Of a DNA stretch of 32,000 nt, positions 1 through 8,086 are shown piece after piece. Every line of letters starts with the position of its first letter. The stretch's first letter is position 1. Location: contig NC_014972.1 in assembly GCF_000186885.1 (NCBI RefSeq), positions 240,001 to 272,000 of the forward strand. The letters are read 5' to 3'. A program made the position numbers and the translations under genes. This DNA is from Desulfobulbus propionicus DSM 2032. Lineage in GTDB: Bacteria; Desulfobacterota; Desulfobulbia; Desulfobulbales; Desulfobulbaceae. The notes below the pieces were generated by a model. It saw only the letters and a program-made list of their open reading frames with translations, was not told the DNA's origin and made no database searches.

Positions 1-242
1 AGCTCAGCGGCGGCGAATGCCAGCGGGTGGCCATTGCCCGGGCCCTGGCGGTCAAGCCGCTGCTGCTCCTGGCCGATGAGCCCACCGGCAATCTCGACGT
101 GGCCACCGGCCGCGAGGTGAGCGATCTCCTGTTTCACCTGGTGGAGCAGGAACGGATGACCATGGTGGTGGTCACCCACAATCAGGAACTGGCCGACCGC
201 TGCCATCGCCGGCTGCGGCTGACCGAGGGAGTCCTGCGATGA
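1..242 (+). CDS. ABC transporter ATP-binding protein, C-terminal fragment (5' end outside the window)
   Basis: Frame 3 reads [32 protein letters not shown]...VVVTHN. This gives the ABC signature (LSGGx), Walker B (LLLADEP) and the H-loop. The stop overlaps the next start (ATGA at 239-242). Confidence 0.9.
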   Translation, partial: LSGGECQRVAIARALAVKPLLLLADEPTGNLDVATGREVSDLLFHLVEQERMTMVVVTHNQELADRCHRRLRLTEGVLR

Positions 243-2791
243 AGGTGCTGCTGCGGCTCGTGTGGCGCGGCCTCGTCCGCCATCCGCGCTTTTCCCTGTT
301 GTTCCTGGTCAACCTGGCCCTCGGCCTGACCGGTTTTCTCCTGGTCAGCTCGTTCAGCGCCACCCTGTCCCGCTATGTCGACGGCCACCTGCGCGAAATC
401 TTGACCGCCGATGTGGTGATCCAGGGCAGTCGCCCCCTGACCGAACAGGAAAGGGAGCGGGTTCGCCGCGTCGCCGGGCCGGACAGCCGTTTTTCCCGGC
501 AAATCGCCTTCTACACCATGGTCAAGGGAGGCGGCACCTCCAAGCTGGCCCAGATCGTGGCCATTGATGCGGCCTATCCGCTCTACGGCGCTTTCCAAGA
601 CGCGGGGCAGCCGGTCGATCCGCACCTGCTGGCCGCCCTGCAGGAGCAGCCCCGCCTGCTGATGAGCCGCGAGACCGCCCGGTCCTACGGCCTGCGGCCG
701 GACGACCCGCTGACCATCGGCCAGCTCGTTTCCACGGCGAGGACCTTTTTTGATCGCGATCCGGGCGGCGGCTTCACCGGCCTGACCCTGGCCCCCAAGA
801 TCTATCTTGGCCTGCCGCAGGTGGAGAGCTCCAACCTGATCCGGTTTGGCAGCCGGGTCACCCACACATGCTTCATCCGGCTGCCGGAAACGGCCGACAA
901 CGCCGAAGTGGCGACCCGACTGGGCGCGGCCCTGGCCGGGCCCGAGGGCAAGTCGGATCTGCGTGTGTCTTCCACCGTGGATGTCAACCGCCGCCTGGGC
1001 CGGGCGGTGGGCTACTTCAGTTCGTTCCTCGGTTTGGCCTCCATGGCCTCCCTCGGCTTGGCCGGCCTGGCGGGCGGTTATCTGTTCCGGGAGCATCTGC
1101 GCGGCAGGAGGCGGGAAATCGCCATTCTCCTCAGTCTCGGCGCCGGCCGCCGCCAATGCCTGCTTCTGCCCATGGGAGAGCTGGCCCTGCTTGGCCTGGG
1201 CGCGGCCTGCCTGGCGACGATGCTGAGCCAGGCGCTGCTGCCGCTGTTTAGCCGGCTGTTCGTTGGTCTCATTCCCGTCGACCTCCACCTCGGGGTTGAT
1301 CCGGCTTCCGTGCTCATGACCCTGGTGATCGGAACGGCCGGCAGCCTGCTGTTCTGCCTGCCGGTTTACCGGCGCATCCTGGCTGTCCGGCCGTTGTCGC
1401 TGTTGCGCGATCAATTCGACAACGGTTCGCCTTCCTGGCAGGAGCGCATCCTGCAGTCGGCCACCCTGGTCCCAGCCGTTGGTCTGCTGTTTTTTCTGGC
1501 CGTGCGTCTCAGCCACACGCCTGCGCAGGGCATCGGATTCGCCGTCGGACTGGCGGCGGTGATCGGACTGCTCGCCCTGATCGGTAGGATGCTCGCCGCC
1601 GGCTGCCGCCGCTGGTCGCGAACCGATCGCCTCACCTGGCGGATCGTCTGGCGCAACCTTTACCGCAACCGCCTCGCCGCCAGCGCGGTCTTTGCCGCCC
1701 TGGCCACGGCCCTGTTGCTGGTGAACCTCATTCCCCAGGTGGAAAAGGGGCTGATCGCCGAGATCGGCCAGCCGGAGGGGATGGAGCGGCCCGACCTGTT
1801 CCTCATTGATATTCAGGAAGAACAGCGGCAGCCGCTGGAGGCATTGTTGCACACGGAACAGGTGGTTCTGTCTCCACTGGCCCCCATGGTTCAGGGACGG
1901 ATCGCCAGCATCAACGGCATCCCTTTCGCCCGCTGGCGCGACCAGCACGGCGCTGGCGACGAGCGGGGGTTGCGGCGCACCGAGTTCAATTTTTCCAGCA
2001 GGACTCGGCTGGATCCGTCGGAGCATGTGGTGGAGGGCGTGCCACTACCCACGATCCCCTGGGCGATGGATGCCGGCGAACCCTTTGCCCTGTCGATGGA
2101 ACGGGAGTTCAGCGAGCGGCTACGGGTGGGCATCGGAGACCGCATGGTCATCGATATCCTGGGGATCGAGCTGGAGGGACGGATCGTCAACCTGCGCAAG
2201 GTGCGCTGGAACAGCTTTCAGCCAAATTTCTTCATGCTGGTGCAGCCGGGGGTGCTCGACGAGGCGCCCAAAACCTACCTGGCCTCGGTGAGCGGGGTGG
2301 AGAACAAGGACAAACAGGCGCTGGTCAACCGCCTGACCGCGGCCTTTGCCAATATTTCGGTGATCGACGTGAGCGGCACGGTGGAGCGGTTGAGTGCCTT
2401 GACCGCCCAGCTCAGCCAGTCGCTGCGATTCATGGCCGGTATCGCCTTGGCAACCGGACTGGTGACCGTGGTCGCCATTGCCCGTCAGGAGGCGCTGCGG
2501 CGTGAACGGGAGATCAACCTACTCAGGGTGTTGGGAGCGGGAATCGGCCGTATTCGTACCCTGATGATGCTCGAATTCGCCCTCCTGGGAGGCGCGGCCG
2601 CCTTGATTGCCCTGCTGCTAAGCCTGTGCTGCTCACTGGGGATCTCCTGGCTGATGTTCGACCGCTTGTGGCAGTTCCAGTGGCTGTCCGCCATCCTGCT
2701 CCTCCTGAGCGCTCCCCTGATCTGCAGCTTCATTGCCTTGCTGGCCGCTGATTCGGTGATTCGCCGTCCACCGACGACCCTGCTCGGATGA
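239..2791 (+). CDS. ABC transporter permease, FtsX-like family (YbbP/large MacB-type architecture)
   Basis: 850-aa ORF with strong coding periodicity at high GC. It has two blocks of hydrophobic helices separated by large soluble domains, as in FtsX-type permeases. It is translationally coupled to the upstream ABC ATPase. Confidence 0.8.
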   Translation: MKVLLRLVWRGLVRHPRFSLLFLVNLALGLTGFLLVSSFSATLSRYVDGHLREILTADVVIQGSRPLTEQERERVRRVAGPDSRFSRQIAFYTMVKGGGTSKLAQIVAIDAAYPLYGAFQDAGQPVDPHLLAALQEQPRLLMSRETARSYGLRPDDPLTIGQLVSTARTFFDRDPGGGFTGLTLAPKIYLGLPQVESSNLIRFGSRVTHTCFIRLPETADNAEVATRLGAALAGPEGKSDLRVSSTVDVNRRLGRAVGYFSSFLGLASMASLGLAGLAGGYLFREHLRGRRREIAILLSLGAGRRQCLLLPMGELALLGLGAACLATMLSQALLPLFSRLFVGLIPVDLHLGVDPASVLMTLVIGTAGSLLFCLPVYRRILAVRPLSLLRDQFDNGSPSWQERILQSATLVPAVGLLFFLAVRLSHTPAQGIGFAVGLAAVIGLLALIGRMLAAGCRRWSRTDRLTWRIVWRNLYRNRLAASAVFAALATALLLVNLIPQVEKGLIAEIGQPEGMERPDLFLIDIQEEQRQPLEALLHTEQVVLSPLAPMVQGRIASINGIPFARWRDQHGAGDERGLRRTEFNFSSRTRLDPSEHVVEGVPLPTIPWAMDAGEPFALSMEREFSERLRVGIGDRMVIDILGIELEGRIVNLRKVRWNSFQPNFFMLVQPGVLDEAPKTYLASVSGVENKDKQALVNRLTAAFANISVIDVSGTVERLSALTAQLSQSLRFMAGIALATGLVTVVAIARQEALRREREINLLRVLGAGIGRIRTLMMLEFALLGGAAALIALLLSLCCSLGISWLMFDRLWQFQWLSAILLLLSAPLICSFIALLAADSVIRRPPTTLLG

Positions 2792-2926
2792 GCCAGGCCG
2801 TTGGAGCAATTGTTGTCGAGCCCCTGCCCGCGATGTCACAACTTCCCGCCGTGCAATCCATTCCTCGCCGATAATGTCGGTCATCGAGGGAAACTTGATC
2901 CTTCTCCTTTTATGGAGGAATTTAGT

Positions 2927-2941
2927 GAGAAAGCAGGGTTT
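2927..2941. other. Candidate degenerate distal att remnant (GAGAAAGCAGGGTTT versus tRNA 3' end GGAGAAGCAGGGATT)
   Basis: The 8-mer AAGCAGGG (2931-2938) is identical to tRNA-Ser plus-strand 28632-28639. It sits where GC falls after the permease stop, and flanking bases match partially. The match is short, so support is positional only. Confidence 0.25.
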
Positions 2942-3026
2942 GATTATTGCCCACCGAAGGGTGGCAACTCCCGGAATCAGACGGCGTGAAGAGATGGATG
3001 TTATTCCTTTGAAATCATAATAAAAA

Positions 3027-4103
3027 TCAGTCTGCCCACTCCAATTTACGGATGAGATCCTTGAACATTTGCCATTGCCCTGTGAGAAATTGATACCGCC
3101 CGGCAACGATGCCCGGAGAAATGCGCAGTTCGTCGGCCAGAAGGATGATCTCTTGCTTGCTGCGACAGTTAGAAATCCGGGCATCATGCTTGGCGGGAAT
3201 AAGGGTTTCCGCAGCAAAGGCATCGGCTTTTTTTTCGCTGAGGTCACCATTGCTCTCGTCGTTGATGAAGAGCCCCTTCTTCTTGTCCTTGAGCACATGG
3301 CCAGCTTCGTGAAAAAATGAAAACCAGAACTTATCCTCTCCCTTGCCACGCAGACTGAGCAGGATCATCGCCTTGTTGGGGGTTAGCCACTTGGTGGCGC
3401 CGTTCCAGGGTACCTTTTTCATCTCGCGTACCAGGGCCACAGCTACACCGGCATTCGCACAAAGCTGTTTCATTCGAGGCTCAAACACCACCGATTCTTC
3501 CCGGGTGAGAGGACGAATCTCCTCCAAAGCAGCACTGAACCTGGTTTTATCGAAAGGGGCACACTCAATCTGCTGTGCCTGCAGTTCGCCCTGACGGATC
3601 CAGGCGGCCGCATCTCCTGGCCGGGATTCAAAGCAACGGGACCTTCGGGCAGCCACAGCGGGGGCAGCCCAGATCTCCTGCCAGGCCTGCACGCTGCAAA
3701 CACCAAAAAAGGCAAGAACCTTACGGACCAGATTCACCTTGTCATCGTCCGGCACCACATGGCCTCGCTCAATCAATTCTTTGATCGGGATCGTCTTCAG
3801 CCAGGCTTTGTCGGCCTCCAACCTTTGCCGCTCTTCCTGCTTGGCTAACTGCTCCCGGTATTGCGCTTCGAGATTGTTCCACATTCTCGCCGGTACACCT
3901 GTCACCAGTTCCAGTCGGTTGGCGGTTTCATAGGAAATCGGTTGGTCACCCTTGAAAATGCGGGTGAGTGTTTGCTCGGTCAGCCCGGTTCGTTGGGCCA
4001 ATTCTTTTTGGGACATCTGCAGAGATTCCATAACCTCGTGCAATGTCGCCCCTGGTGGAACCGCATAATCAGGTTCAAATTCGTCTTTTCTTTTCGCTCT
4101 CAT
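3027..4103 (-). CDS. Antitoxin-like regulator: N-terminal XRE-type HTH fused to an ImmA/IrrE-type (HExxH) metallopeptidase domain
   Basis: The HTH segment reads MSQKELAQRTGLTEQTLTRIFKG. The zinc motif FFHEAGHVL lies in the C-terminal half. The preferred start is the ATG at 4103 (MRAKRK...), preceded by AAGGAGGGGGG. The gene lies 14 nt downstream of the toxin stop. The ORF track begins at a TTG at 4121. Confidence 0.8.
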   Translation of the reverse strand: MRAKRKDEFEPDYAVPPGATLHEVMESLQMSQKELAQRTGLTEQTLTRIFKGDQPISYETANRLELVTGVPARMWNNLEAQYREQLAKQEERQRLEADKAWLKTIPIKELIERGHVVPDDDKVNLVRKVLAFFGVCSVQAWQEIWAAPAVAARRSRCFESRPGDAAAWIRQGELQAQQIECAPFDKTRFSAALEEIRPLTREESVVFEPRMKQLCANAGVAVALVREMKKVPWNGATKWLTPNKAMILLSLRGKGEDKFWFSFFHEAGHVLKDKKKGLFINDESNGDLSEKKADAFAAETLIPAKHDARISNCRSKQEIILLADELRISPGIVAGRYQFLTGQWQMFKDLIRKLEWAD

Positions 4104-4117
4104 CGCTCCCCCCTCCT

Positions 4118-4472
4118 TCAATGCGTATCGGCAATTTCCACTATTTCAATTTCCGTGACTTGCCCCCAGTCCAACCCACCATGTGGATGTACTGGTATTG
4201 GCTCGTTAGCGGGAATGAAAAGCAAGCGATACGGGTATTCCAGATCGACAGACAGTTGGGCCGCTTCGATTACCCGTCAACTCGTGGCACCTGGCAGGGG
4301 GCAAACGTGAAATATCGCCCAGATTTTCGGCAGCCTTGAGTTCCATCATTCGCTGCATCAGCTTGCCGCCCCGCTTGGCCCCCAACAGCTTGATTGCCTC
4401 AGCACTGTTTGAGCATATTTTTTGGAGCTTTTTGTTTTTAAAGAATATACGCACGTTGCGCACTAATCTCAA
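4118..4472 (-). pseudogene. HigB-like (plasmid maintenance system killer, RelE superfamily) toxin, disrupted by a +1 frameshift
   Basis: The ORF reads ...FFKNKKLQKICSNSAEAIKLLGAKRGGKLMQRMMELKAAENLGDISRLPPARCHELTGNRSG and then goes out of frame. Removing one base of the GGG run at 4258-4260 restores QLSVDLEYPYRLLFIPANEPIPVHPHGGLDWGQVTEIEIVEIADTH, ending at TGA 4118-4120. That is the typical C-terminus of this toxin family. The start is ambiguous (TTG 4472, GTG 4463 or GTG 4454). Confidence 0.75.
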
Positions 4473-4478
4473 TTTTTA

Positions 4479-4495
4479 TTAACATATTATGTTAA
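4479..4495. promoter_or_regulatory. Perfect palindrome TTAACATA-T-TATGTTAA, candidate antitoxin operator in the toxin-antitoxin promoter
   Basis: The arms are 8 bp around a single central base. The site lies in an AT-rich tract immediately upstream of the toxin start on the minus strand. This is the typical position for type II TA autoregulation. Confidence 0.5.
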
Positions 4496-4735
4496 TTATT
4501 TTAAAAGGAGTGGCCCGCCAGCAGCGATGCGCCATCGGTGGTTCCAGCTGTCGCATGATTGTCGGCAATTCTTAAGTTTTTATCTGGCAGCCTATACTGT
4601 TGATGTTGTAACGTGCCAGGAAAATTCAGATACTCTCATTTTTCCGAGCATCATTTCATGGTGACGTTTGGCCGACGAAACGATGTGCGGCTCTGATTCT
4701 TTTCCAGACGACACGGATTAATCTGTTTCTCTGCA

Positions 4736-4750
4736 AGAGTTGACAACTCT
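4736..4750 (+). promoter_or_regulatory. Palindrome AGAGTTGACAACTCT containing a TTGACA -35 hexamer, upstream of hsdM
   Basis: 7-bp inverted arms centred on A4743. TTGACA is at 4740-4745, 94 nt upstream of the hsdM ATG. No convincing -10 hexamer follows at 17-bp spacing. Confidence 0.25.
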
Positions 4751-4838
4751 TTAACTTGTCGTCATTGCAGCCATCATGCTCCTCTTGAAACAGTAATGAT
4801 CATGGTACATCGAATTTCGACAACAAGGACATCCAGCA

Positions 4839-7031
4839 ATGAACGGTGAAACCCATAGTCAACTGGCCAACTTCATTTGGTCTATCTGCAATCTTTTGCG
4901 CGGCCCGTACAAGCGCAACGAATACCGTAAGGTCATCCTGCCGCTCACCGTGCTGCGCCGCTTCGAATGTTTGCTGGAGCCAACCCGGCAGGCTGCCCTT
5001 GAAGAATTCCAATCGCTGAAGACCAAGCCGGAACGGGTGCAGCAGGCACGATTGCAGCAGATCACCGGCCACCGTTTCTATAACCTGTCGCGCATGCAGC
5101 TCACCCTGCCGGGTGAAAAAATTCACTCGCTGCTGGACGATCCCAACAACCTCGCCCCCAACCTGAACAGCTACATCAACGGCTTCTCCGCCAATGTCCG
5201 CGCCATCATGGAGAAGTTCAAGTTCAGCGAGCAGATTGCCCACATGGCGGAAAAGAACATCCTCTTCGAGGTGATCAAGGCCTTTGCCGGGATTGATCTC
5301 TCGCCCCAGCGGGTCGACCAGATGCAGATGGGCTATGTGTTCGAGGAGCTGATCCGCATCGGCGCGGAGCAATCGAATGAGGAGGCCGGAGAGCACTTCA
5401 CCCCGCGCGAGGTCATCAAGCTGATGGTCAACCTGCTGCTGGCCCCAGAGCAGGACCTCGCCAAGAGCCACGTGGTCAAGACTATCTACGACCCCGCCTG
5501 CGGCACCGGCGGCATGCTGTCGGTGGCCGAGGAATACATCCGCCACCTCAACAGTGAGGCCAAACCCAAGGTTTTTGGCCAGGACTGGAACGACGAGGCC
5601 TGGGCGGTGTGCAAGTCCGACATGCTGATCAAGGGCGAAGATGCCAACAACATCATCCTCGGCGACAGCTTCACCCGCGACGGCTTTGACCGCGATTCTG
5701 ACGGCAACAAGTGGACCTTCGACTACATGCTGGCCAACCCGCCCTTTGGCGTGGAGTGGAAGCAGCAGCAGAAAACCATCCAACAGGAGGCCGACACCCT
5801 GGGCTATGCCGGACGTTTCGGCGCCGGCACCCCGCGCATCAACGACGGCGCCTTGCTCTTTCTCCAGCACATGATCGCCAAGATGCGCCCCGTCGATAAA
5901 GACGGCAGCCGCATCGCTATCGTCTTCAACGGCTCACCGCTCTTCACCGGCGACGCGGGCAGCGGCGAGAGCGAGATCCGCCGCTGGATCATCGAAAACG
6001 ACTGGCTGGAGGCCATCGTCGCCCTGCCGGAACAGTTGTTCTACAACACCGGCATTGCCACCTATATCTGGGTGATCACCAACCGCAAAGCCAAGGAGCG
6101 CAAAGGTAAGATTCAGTTGATCGACGCCCGCAACTTCTGGGTACAGATGGAAAAGTCCCTGGGCAACAAGCGCCGCCGCATCGGCGACCCGAATGACCCG
6201 AATCACCCACGCGATCCTGACTACATCGCTGACATCACCCGGGTCTATGAGAACTTCACCGACGGTGAAAGCCGTTGGGTTGTCTTCGACAAGGATAGCA
6301 AGGTTCTCGGCGTGAATGGGCTTGAGCCGACAGTCGATGACTCGAACGGGCAGAAGAAAAAATATCTGGTGGTCAGCAAGCTGTTCGACAACGAAGACTT
6401 TGGCTACCACAAGATCACCGTCGAGCGCCCTCTACGTCTCAATTTCCAAGCCACGGCCGAACGCATCGCCCGGTTGGAGGAGCAGACCGCCTTTAAGAAT
6501 CTCGCAACCAGCAGCAAAAAGAACGAAATCGTTCGCCAGCAGGAGATCGAGACCGGTAAGGCTCGTCAGCAGGCCATCCGCGACCTGTTGGCTGCCTTTG
6601 CCGACCAGCACGGCGACACCCTGTTCAAGGATCGCAAACAGTTCCTCCTTGCCCTGCGGGAGATCGACCGCGCTCGAGGCGTCAAACTTTCCGCCCCAGA
6701 ACTGAAGGCGGTGCTCGCCGTCCTGGGTGAACGCGATGAAACCGCATCCATCTGCAGGGATAAACAGGGTAACCCTGAGCCGGACACCGACCTGCGCGAC
6801 ACTGAGACCGTGCCGCTCAAGGAAGGAGTTGAGGAATATTTTCGGCGAGAGGTCCTGCCCCACGTCCCCGATGCCTGGATCGACCACAGCAAGACCAAGG
6901 TCGGCTATGAGATTCCCCTAAACCGTCACTTCTACCGCTATGAGCCGCCCCGTGAGCTTGCCGAGATCGAGGCAGAGATCAAGGTGCTGGAGGGGGAAAT
7001 CCTCGACCTACTGCGAGAGGTGACGGCATGA
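4839..7031 (+). CDS. hsdM: Type I restriction-modification system, DNA methyltransferase subunit M (N6-adenine)
   Basis: N-terminal HsdM_N-like segment (LANFIWSICNLLRGPYKRNEYRKVILPLTVLRR). SAM motif I is YDPACGTGGML and catalytic motif IV is LANPPFG. The gene is part of an operon with hsdS and hsdR. Confidence 0.95.
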   Translation: MNGETHSQLANFIWSICNLLRGPYKRNEYRKVILPLTVLRRFECLLEPTRQAALEEFQSLKTKPERVQQARLQQITGHRFYNLSRMQLTLPGEKIHSLLDDPNNLAPNLNSYINGFSANVRAIMEKFKFSEQIAHMAEKNILFEVIKAFAGIDLSPQRVDQMQMGYVFEELIRIGAEQSNEEAGEHFTPREVIKLMVNLLLAPEQDLAKSHVVKTIYDPACGTGGMLSVAEEYIRHLNSEAKPKVFGQDWNDEAWAVCKSDMLIKGEDANNIILGDSFTRDGFDRDSDGNKWTFDYMLANPPFGVEWKQQQKTIQQEADTLGYAGRFGAGTPRINDGALLFLQHMIAKMRPVDKDGSRIAIVFNGSPLFTGDAGSGESEIRRWIIENDWLEAIVALPEQLFYNTGIATYIWVITNRKAKERKGKIQLIDARNFWVQMEKSLGNKRRRIGDPNDPNHPRDPDYIADITRVYENFTDGESRWVVFDKDSKVLGVNGLEPTVDDSNGQKKKYLVVSKLFDNEDFGYHKITVERPLRLNFQATAERIARLEEQTAFKNLATSSKKNEIVRQQEIETGKARQQAIRDLLAAFADQHGDTLFKDRKQFLLALREIDRARGVKLSAPELKAVLAVLGERDETASICRDKQGNPEPDTDLRDTETVPLKEGVEEYFRREVLPHVPDAWIDHSKTKVGYEIPLNRHFYRYEPPRELAEIEAEIKVLEGEILDLLREVTA

Positions 7032-8086
7032 GTGAGCACCTGCCGGTGAAGAACGAAGGGGACATTCTCCTGTACCAGACCGAGGACGGCCAGGCGCGCA
7101 TTGAGGTGCAGTTGGTCAATGAGACCGTCTGGCTCTCGCAAAAGCAGATGGCCGAACTGTTCCAAAAAGATGTCCGCACTATCAACGAGCATATTGGCAA
7201 CATCTTTGAGGAAGGGGAGCTGACGCCGGAATCAACCATCCGGAATTTCCGGATAGTTCAACTCGAGGGCACACGGAAGGTCAGTCGCGATGTCGCCCAC
7301 TACAACCTGGACGTTATTATCTCGGTCGGATACCGGGTGAAGTCGCATCGGGGCACTCAGTTTCGCATCTGGGCCACCCAGCGGTTGCGCGACTATCTGG
7401 TCATGGGCTTTCTGCTCGACGATGAACGTTTTAAGCAGGGTAGAAGCGGCCATTATTTCGATGCGCTGCTGGCCCGGATCCGCGATATCCGCTCCTCAGA
7501 GAAGGAGTTCTGGCGCAAAGTGCTCGATATCTACGCCACCAGTATTGATTACAACCCCTCTACCCAGGCCTCGCAAACCTTCTTCGCCACCGTGCAAAAT
7601 AAAATGCACTGGGCAGCGCACGGCCACACCGCCGCCGAAATCATCCACGCCCGCGCCGATGCCGCCCGGCCCAACATGGGGCTCACCTCCTTTCCCAAGG
7701 GGCAGCTCGCCCCGCGCAAGGCCGATGTGACAGTGGCCAAGAACTATCTGAATGAAGACGAACTCGACCAGCTCAACCGCATCGTCAACCTCTACCTGGA
7801 ATTTGCCGAACTACAGGCCATCAACCGTAAGCCCATGTATATGCAGGACTGGATAGCCAAGCTCGACCAGTTCATGCAGATCAGTGATCGCGAGATTCTC
7901 ACCCACGCCGGCAGCATCTCCGCCGAAACTGCCCGGCTCAAGGCCGAACAGGAATATGACGGCTTTCGCCGCCTGCTTGATACCCAGCCATCTCTGGTGG
8001 AGAGGCATTTTGAAGAGGCGGTAGCCAAGGCCAAACAACTGAACGAACAGTCGAAACCGACGAAGAAAAAAAGGAGGAGGCAATGA
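7028..8086 (+). CDS. rhuM: RhuM-family protein embedded in the type I R-M operon
   Basis: The N-terminus (LLYQTEDGQARIEVQLVNETVWLSQKQMAELFQKDVRTINEHIGNIF...IRNFRIVQLEGTRKVSRDVAHYNLDVIISVGYRVKSHRGTQFRIWATQ) matches the pattern I recall for RhuM/virulence-protein family members. ATGA overlaps occur at both ends (7028-7031 and 8083-8086). Confidence 0.8.
   Translation: MSEHLPVKNEGDILLYQTEDGQARIEVQLVNETVWLSQKQMAELFQKDVRTINEHIGNIFEEGELTPESTIRNFRIVQLEGTRKVSRDVAHYNLDVIISVGYRVKSHRGTQFRIWATQRLRDYLVMGFLLDDERFKQGRSGHYFDALLARIRDIRSSEKEFWRKVLDIYATSIDYNPSTQASQTFFATVQNKMHWAAHGHTAAEIIHARADAARPNMGLTSFPKGQLAPRKADVTVAKNYLNEDELDQLNRIVNLYLEFAELQAINRKPMYMQDWIAKLDQFMQISDREILTHAGSISAETARLKAEQEYDGFRRLLDTQPSLVERHFEEAVAKAKQLNEQSKPTKKKRRRQ

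Noticed and set aside
182-2026. 614-aa ORF on the minus strand, antisense to the permease. Similar long antisense ORFs lie at 4800-5870, 10439-11767, 16764-17819 and 30759-31751.
   Set aside because: These are typical shadow ORFs of high-GC coding regions. Their products are Arg/Gly/Ala/Pro/Gln-rich and low in complexity, with no motifs, and each fully overlaps a well-supported gene on the other strand.
2633-3349. 238-aa minus-strand ORF spanning the permease 3' end, the island boundary and the antitoxin 3' end.
   Set aside because: It crosses a sharp compositional boundary and overlaps two confident genes. It has no RBS or motif support, so it is most likely a chance open frame.
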